Shown one piece after another: positions 58,391-64,000 of a stretch of 64,000 bases of DNA. A program made the translations under genes and the position numbers. The DNA lies in assembly GCA_963662625.1 (NCBI GenBank), contig OY759726.1:448001-512000 (forward strand), in the 5' to 3' direction. Position 1 is the first letter of the stretch, and every line of letters begins with the position of its first letter. The notes beneath the pieces are model-generated. The model made no database searches. It worked only from the letters and a program-made list of their open reading frames with translations, and had not been told where the DNA came from. The DNA is from Nitrosopumilus sp. (GTDB lineage Archaea; Thermoproteota; Nitrososphaeria; Nitrososphaerales; Nitrosopumilaceae).

Positions 58391-58759
58391 GTGGCTGGGA
58401 CGGGCATGCCGGAAGCAACACGGGGCAGGCCGTCGCCAAAGGGAAGGCCGCGCGGAGGCTGCGCCGGCACGATGGCCTTGGCACGGTCCCCCGCGATGCG
58501 GGCGGTTTCCAAGGGGCAGGCCGCGCGGAGGCTGCGCCGGAGGAATCGCGCGGTGCCGGCGGCACCACTGCCAAAGCCCCCGCGCCAGACGCCATTGCCG
58601 GCCCCGAGAAGCGGGCCGCGCCGGGCCCCGGGGGCGGGCCGGCCGTCGGGAACGTCCCTGGCAGACGAGCTGGAAAAGATCTCCAAGTTGAAAGAAGACG
58701 GCGTGCTGACGGACGGGGAGTTCCCCAGGATGAAAAGCAGGCTGATCGACAAGTCCTGA
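58391..58759 (+). pseudogene. Decayed gene retaining a C-terminal SHOCT domain
   Basis: SLADELEKISKLKEDGVLTDGEF..MK.RLI; upstream part is low-complexity and GC-rich. Confidence 0.6.
58436..58540. repeat. 32-bp direct repeat (30/32), period 73 bp
   Basis: ccaaagggaaggccgcgcggaggctgcgccgg (58436-58467) and ccaaggggcaggccgcgcggaggctgcgccgg (58509-58540). Confidence 0.88.
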
Positions 58760-59015
58760 GCCCCAGCAAAGGCGGGCAACGGCCCGACCGAGTGGCGCGC
58801 CCGGGAATGCGCGCCGGCCATCCGCCCGCCGCGGCCGGGACGCGTCCCGCCTTGCGTGCGCCGGCTGCGCGGGCCGTCCGGCGCCCCCGCCGCGCCCCTC
58901 CCTTGGGCGGCCGTCCGGCGCCCCCGCGGGGCGGCACGGCGCCGCGCCTGCCCGGGAAGCCGCGCCGGGGCGTGATTTCAAAACCCATATAGGGTCTGGC
59001 GTACCGTGGCATACC

Positions 59016-59438
59016 ATGACAAAGGCGGAGTACGAGGGACTGCTCAAGAGGATCCAGGACAGCCTGGGCGACTCCAAGGAATCGTCGTCCAGCAGGTTCG
59101 AGCTTCCCACCGTGGACGTCATGTGGGAGGGCCAGAAGACGTTCCTGAGGAACTTTTCGGAGTTCCCGAAGGTCCTGAGGCGCGACCCGGACAAGGTCCT
59201 CCAGTACCTCTCAAAGGAGTTCGCGGTCCCCGCGGAGAGGCTGGGCGACAAGGCCATGTTCATCGGAAGGAGGGACGCCGAGGACTTTACGAGGCTCTTC
59301 CAGATATATGTCAAGGACTACCTGGAATGCCACACCTGCAAGAGCCCCGACACGAAGATCGTCAAGGAGAACAGGATCATATTCCTGATATGCGAGGCAT
59401 GCGGCGCAAAATCCACTCTCAAGGGCAAGTACGCATGA
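59016..59438 (+). CDS. Translation initiation factor 2 beta subunit
   Basis: RFELP, KTFLRNF, LRRDP....YLSKE, C.TC.SPDT, CEACGA. Confidence 0.93.
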   Translation: MTKAEYEGLLKRIQDSLGDSKESSSSRFELPTVDVMWEGQKTFLRNFSEFPKVLRRDPDKVLQYLSKEFAVPAERLGDKAMFIGRRDAEDFTRLFQIYVKDYLECHTCKSPDTKIVKENRIIFLICEACGAKSTLKGKYA

Positions 59439-59734
59439 TGGCGTTCTCGGTCAAGGTGTCCGACTACCAGCGCAACTCCATGCTGAACATCTGCGACGAG
59501 GAGCTGCTGGGGACAACCGTCACCCAGGGAGACCTGAACATGGACATCGCAGAGTCCTACTACGGCGAGAGGATCGTCGGGGAGCCTGAGGCCAGGAAGC
59601 TGCTGGAGGGCGCGTCCATAATCAACATGGTGGGGGAGAAGGCCGTCTCGCTCTCGATCGAGATGGGCATCGGCTCGGAAAGCGGCGTGAAGACCATCTC
59701 CGGCGTCCCGTTCCTGATAGTCTTCAAGATGTGA
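59435..59734 (+). CDS. DUF424 family protein
   Basis: ICDEELLG, YYG, A.IINMVG..AV..I..G, I.GVP. Confidence 0.87.
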   Translation: MMAFSVKVSDYQRNSMLNICDEELLGTTVTQGDLNMDIAESYYGERIVGEPEARKLLEGASIINMVGEKAVSLSIEMGIGSESGVKTISGVPFLIVFKM

Positions 59735-59774
59735 AAGGAAATCCATTTTAATGCAGCGCGGGCTAGGTTAATTC

Positions 59775-60554
59775 TTGGCAGCCGACATAAGCAAAAAGCA
59801 GGAGTCGAGGATCGACGAGAAGCTGATCTCAAAGTCCAGGAGGGGCCCCCGCGACGACGGGTTCAAGAGGGGGAAGGTGGTCAACGAGGTCCTGGACAAG
59901 CCGACTGTCATGACGCTCTACAAGATGATAAAGAACCGCGTCGTCTCCTACGTGAACGGCGCGGTGAGCGCCGGCAAGGAGTCGCTCCTGTTCTGGGCCG
60001 TGGACGAGGGGGGCTCCGACGTGGCGCTGAAGGTCTACCTCGTGAGCACCGCGAATTTCAAGAGGCGCGAGTCCTACATGGCCGGCGATCCCAGGTTTTC
60101 CAGGCTGAGGGGGGGGACGAGGAACCTGGTCTACGCGTGGGCGAGAAAGGAGTTCCACAACCTCTCCCGGTGCCGGGACGCCGGCATCGCGGTGCCCGTG
60201 CCGATAGCCCAGTCAAACAACGTGCTCGCGATGTCGTTCGTCGGCCGGGACGGCAGGCCCGCCAGGAGGCTGCTGGAGTCCGAGGCGGGCAGGGACGACT
60301 ACCTGCAGGCGGTGTCCATCCTGAAGCGGCTCTACGCGGGGGCGAGGCTGGCCCACGGGGACTTTTCGGAGTTCAACATATTCAAGACCCGGCAGGGGCT
60401 GGTCGTCTTCGACCTGGGCGCCGCCGTGGACCTGGGGCACCCGCGCGCGCTGGAGTTCCTCAGGAGGGACGTCGAAAACATCACCAGGTTCTTCTCCAAG
60501 AGGGGGATCCCCGTGGACGACCCGTCGGAGGTGTTCGGGAACATCGTGAAATGA
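59775..60554 (+). CDS. rio1: RIO1 family serine kinase
   Basis: SAGKES, ALKVY, WARKEF.NL, HGDFSEFNI, FDLG.AV. Confidence 0.92.
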   Translation: MAADISKKQESRIDEKLISKSRRGPRDDGFKRGKVVNEVLDKPTVMTLYKMIKNRVVSYVNGAVSAGKESLLFWAVDEGGSDVALKVYLVSTANFKRRESYMAGDPRFSRLRGGTRNLVYAWARKEFHNLSRCRDAGIAVPVPIAQSNNVLAMSFVGRDGRPARRLLESEAGRDDYLQAVSILKRLYAGARLAHGDFSEFNIFKTRQGLVVFDLGAAVDLGHPRALEFLRRDVENITRFFSKRGIPVDDPSEVFGNIVK

Positions 60555-61123
60555 GCTTTGAGAAGATGGTCCGCATACCGGGCGAGCGGATCGCCGTGCT
60601 TATCGGCAGATCCGGGGGCGTCAAGGCGGGGATAGAGGAGGCGTGCCGCGTCGCCGTGGACGTCGACGGGGAGACCGGGGACGTCGTGATCAGGTCCGCC
60701 GGGGACGTCGGGCAGATCCAGCCCTTCAAGGCGACGGAGATCGTGACGGCGATAGGCCGCGGGTTTTCGCCCGAGAACGCGATGGCGCTGCTGGAGGGGG
60801 ACAACATGCTGCACGTGATCGATCTCAGGGAGTTCGCCGGAAAGTCCAAGGCGAATATTGAAAGGATAAAAGGGAGGATAATCGGAGAAGGTGGTAAGGC
60901 TAGGCGAAACATGGAAAACCTGAGCAGGACCAAGATATCCGTTTACGGCAAGACGGTCTCGATCATCGGCAACACCGGCAACCTGAGGCGGGCAGTCGAC
61001 GCGATATCCTCCATATCCAACGGGAGCATGCACGGCACGGTCTACGGCAAGCTGGAGGCAGCGAACAGGAGGGAGAAGCTCGAAAGGATGAGGCTGTGGG
61101 AAGATCAAGATGTCTTCTCTTAA
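60551..61123 (+). CDS. KH-domain pre-rRNA processing protein (Dim2/Pno1)
   Basis: IP.ERIAVLIG..G, AIGRGFSPE.A, RIKGRIIG..GK. Confidence 0.9.
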   Translation: MSFEKMVRIPGERIAVLIGRSGGVKAGIEEACRVAVDVDGETGDVVIRSAGDVGQIQPFKATEIVTAIGRGFSPENAMALLEGDNMLHVIDLREFAGKSKANIERIKGRIIGEGGKARRNMENLSRTKISVYGKTVSIIGNTGNLRRAVDAISSISNGSMHGTVYGKLEAANRREKLERMRLWEDQDVFS

Positions 61124-62948
61124 GGAAAAGTTCAACCAGATCTCACCCAGTGAGTTCTTTTACAGCAACAGGGACCTTGCCGGGTTCAGCAACCCGACGC
61201 GCTCGCTCTACACCGCCGTCCGGGAGTTCGTGGAAAACGCGCTGGACGCGTGCGACCAGAATGGCATCCTGCCCGACATCCACCTGACGCTCAAGGTGAT
61301 CGAGCCCGAAAAGTCCGATCCGCGCGCGTACATGCTCACCGTGAAGGACAACGGGCCGGGGATCGAGGCCAAGCACATCCCGCTGGCGTTTGGCACCGTC
61401 CTCTACGGATCCAAGTTCGGCCTGAAGCAGGCGCGCGGCATGTTCGGGCTGGGGGCGACCATGGCGATACTCTACGGCCAGATCACCACCAACAAGCCGG
61501 TGGTCGTGAAGAGCTGCGTCGACGGGAAGACCCAGGACGAGTTCGAGCTGCTGCTGGACATACAGAAGAACAGGCCCGTGATCGTCAGGCACAAGACGAG
61601 GGCGGCCTCCAAGAGGGGCCTCTCGGTGAGCATCTGCCTGGAGGGGGACTATTCCAAGGCGGGGGTGAAGATCCGCGACTACGTCTACCAGACCTCGCTG
61701 ATCACGCCGTACGCGACGATCACCTTCGACGATCCCAAGGGGCAGAGGTTCCACCACACCAGGTTCGTCAGGGAGATCCCGCCGCCCCCGACCATCATAC
61801 GCCCCCACCCGCACGGGGTGGACGTGGAAAGGATCAGGAGGATGATCCTCGAGTCCCAGTTCGAGATCCCCGCCATAGACGACAGGATGATCGAGAAGGT
61901 CAGGAAGGACCTCGGCCTCTCGAAGAAGAACCTGGGCTTCACGGCCATCATGCAGAGGGCGCGGAAGAAGTGGAAGAATCTCTCCAGGCAGGTCAGGGTG
62001 GTGGTGGCGCTGGTGTCCTTCCTGGGGATGGACTTTGAGAGGCTCAGCAAGATCAAGATCGAGGACATCGACGTGCCCAACAAGAAGCTGTACTACTGGG
62101 ACTTTGGGGACTCGCAGTCCAAGGCGGCCGAGATGGATCCGGCGAGCCAGTACTACAAGCAGCTGACGAACACCGTGCAGGGGGAGCCGCTCAACTCCTT
62201 CCTGACGAAGCGCTTCCAGCGGGTCGGCCCCACCACGGCCGTCAAGTTCGCGGAGTTCGCGGGGTTCAAGCCCGAGAAGCGGATGGGCACCATGGACAAC
62301 CAGGAGCTGGTGAAGCTCAGCGAGTCCCTGCAGAAGTTCGAGGAGTTCCTCGCCCCGGATCCCAGCTGCCTGGCGCCCCTGGGCGAGGCGCCGTTCGAGA
62401 AGGGGATCAGGAAGTTCTTCAGCCCCGACTTTACCGCCGTCGTCCAGCGTTCGGCCTCGGCGTACTCGGGGTTCCCGTTCATCATAGAGATGGGGATCGC
62501 CTACGGCGGCGACATAAAGCCGGGCGGCCCCCACGTCTACAGGTTCGCAAACAGGATCCCGCTGCTGTACGACGAGGGAAGCGACGTGGTCCTGAAGGTG
62601 GTGAACGACACCGACTGGGCGAGGTACAAGGTCAAGGGCGAGCCCCCGTTCATCATAGTGTCGCACATATGCTCCACGCGGATTCCCTACAAGACCGCCG
62701 GCAAGGAGAACGTCGCCGACCGGCAGGAGATCGAGCGCGAGCTGAGGCTGGCGCTGCAGTACCTGTCAAGGAAGCTCGCCACGTACATGTCAAAGAAGGG
62801 CCAGGCGGAGATGGCCAAGAAGAGGGCCAACCTTTACGCCAAGTACATACCGCTGATAGCCCAGTTCTGCACGGAGCTGGCAGGGAAGAAGAAGGAGCCC
62901 AGGTACAGGAAGATGCTGGAGGGGGAGGCAGTCGTTGAAGGGCAGTAA
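61110..62948 (+). CDS. top6B: DNA topoisomerase VI subunit B
   Basis: ISPSEFF..N...AGF, REFVENALDA, DNGPGI, GSKF....RG.FGLG, RFANRIPLL. Confidence 0.96.
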   Translation: MSSLKEKFNQISPSEFFYSNRDLAGFSNPTRSLYTAVREFVENALDACDQNGILPDIHLTLKVIEPEKSDPRAYMLTVKDNGPGIEAKHIPLAFGTVLYGSKFGLKQARGMFGLGATMAILYGQITTNKPVVVKSCVDGKTQDEFELLLDIQKNRPVIVRHKTRAASKRGLSVSICLEGDYSKAGVKIRDYVYQTSLITPYATITFDDPKGQRFHHTRFVREIPPPPTIIRPHPHGVDVERIRRMILESQFEIPAIDDRMIEKVRKDLGLSKKNLGFTAIMQRARKKWKNLSRQVRVVVALVSFLGMDFERLSKIKIEDIDVPNKKLYYWDFGDSQSKAAEMDPASQYYKQLTNTVQGEPLNSFLTKRFQRVGPTTAVKFAEFAGFKPEKRMGTMDNQELVKLSESLQKFEEFLAPDPSCLAPLGEAPFEKGIRKFFSPDFTAVVQRSASAYSGFPFIIEMGIAYGGDIKPGGPHVYRFANRIPLLYDEGSDVVLKVVNDTDWARYKVKGEPPFIIVSHICSTRIPYKTAGKENVADRQEIERELRLALQYLSRKLATYMSKKGQAEMAKKRANLYAKYIPLIAQFCTELAGKKKEPRYRKMLEGEAVVEGQ

Positions 62949-64000
62949 GGGCAAGCCGCGCGGCGTCAAGGCCACCGAGAAGCAGAAGAAGATCCTGGCG
63001 CTGCTCAAGGGCCACGGCGCGGAGATATACGACGACCTGGACGGCGGGAAGTTCCCAAAGTTCTCCATACCCAGCAGGTCCGTCAGCAACATAGTCTACG
63101 ACAAGAAGCTCCGGCAGTACGTCCTGGGGGACTCGGCCGCCATCCGCAGCTCCAGGAACTCCTCGCAGCTGCGCTCGTTCACGCAGCTTATGTGGCTGGC
63201 GTTCTTCGCGAACCGGCTGAGCCAGGAGAAGAAATCATCCACCCTGAGGGACGTCTACTACTCGTCGCAGGCCTTCGCGATCGAGTTCGACGACCAGTCC
63301 GAGTCCGACAACATCATCGTGGACCTGGAGGCTGTGCTCTCAAAGCCCCGGGAGGACTTTCACATATTTCCCGAGGAGAGGAGCTCGATATTCGGCGACC
63401 TGGACGTGGAGTACACCATCCCGGGCTACGAGGGCAAGACCATGAACCTCTCGAACCACCCCGACGGCTACGCCATAGGGCCCAGCCTCACCACGGCGGA
63501 GCTGCTGGACACCAGCGCCGAGATCGTGATCGCCATCGAGAAGGGCGGGCTCTTCACCAGGTTCGTCGAGGAGCAGGTCGACAAGAGGTTCAAGTCCATC
63601 ATAATCAACACCGGGGGCCAGGCGCCCCGCTCCACGAGGACCATCCTCAAGCGCATACACGACGAGATGGGCCTCCCCGTGATCGTCCTGACCGACGGCG
63701 ACGTGTACGGGGAGCACATCGCCATGGTGATAAAGTCCGGCTCGGCCAACGCGGCCCACCTCAGGGAGCTCACGGTGCCAGACGCGAAGTGGGTGGGCGT
63801 CTGGGCGACCGACATCGAGAAGTTCAAGCTCCCCACGATACCGATGACCGAGTCGGACGTCAAGCGCTGCCACGACCTGAAGAAGGATCCCAGGTACAAC
63901 GAGGGGATATGGAAGAAGGAGCTGGACGTCTTCCTGAGGATCAAGAGAAAGGCCGAGCTGGAGGCGTTCTCAAAGTACGGCCTGACGAACATCACCGACA
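62935..64000 (+). CDS. top6A: DNA topoisomerase VI subunit A (3' end runs off the window)
   Basis: TTG start overlapping top6B; STLRDVYY, IEKGG, G.APRSTR, TDGDVYG.HIA, KAELEA. Confidence 0.94.
   Translation, partial: MKGSKGKPRGVKATEKQKKILALLKGHGAEIYDDLDGGKFPKFSIPSRSVSNIVYDKKLRQYVLGDSAAIRSSRNSSQLRSFTQLMWLAFFANRLSQEKKSSTLRDVYYSSQAFAIEFDDQSESDNIIVDLEAVLSKPREDFHIFPEERSSIFGDLDVEYTIPGYEGKTMNLSNHPDGYAIGPSLTTAELLDTSAEIVIAIEKGGLFTRFVEEQVDKRFKSIIINTGGQAPRSTRTILKRIHDEMGLPVIVLTDGDVYGEHIAMVIKSGSANAAHLRELTVPDAKWVGVWATDIEKFKLPTIPMTESDVKRCHDLKKDPRYNEGIWKKELDVFLRIKRKAELEAFSKYGLTNITD

Overview
High-GC archaeal DNA, most likely from an ammonia-oxidising Nitrososphaerota/Thaumarchaeota genome (Nitrosopumilaceae-like; a host-associated Cenarchaeum-like lineage is plausible but is inference). 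Evidence: type IB topoisomerase together with topoisomerase VI, an archaeal histone, the exosome operon, cofE and typical conserved hypotheticals. Most of the window is core genome: exosome/SBDS, rpoD-rpl18e-rpl13-rps9, leuCD plus a second aconitase-family pair, 2-oxoacid:ferredoxin oxidoreductase, radA, rpl21e-rpoF-DUF655-ksgA, t6A genes, purA, pyrF, uppS, aIF2B-rio1-dim2-top6BA, and two tRNAs (intron-containing tRNA-CAT and tRNA-Ser). There are three accessory patches. (1) About 9.2-15.8 kb: IS66 and IS630 relics, a DUF5678/retropepsin pair, hicBA, an SdrD-B surface-protein pseudogene and an orphan 3-repeat CRISPR-like array. (2) About 28.4-34.1 kb: an IS110 with a 5' non-coding end, the tRNA and a DUF285/BspA surface protein. 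(3) About 38.3-39.5 kb: an SdrD-B relic. The most unusual signal is a recurring footprint at four unrelated loci: a 32-38-bp direct repeat separated by 35-41 bp of unique sequence (period 71-73 bp), resembling off-target CRISPR-style spacer integration. No cas genes are present in the window. All family assignments are from motif recognition by eye, not database searches.
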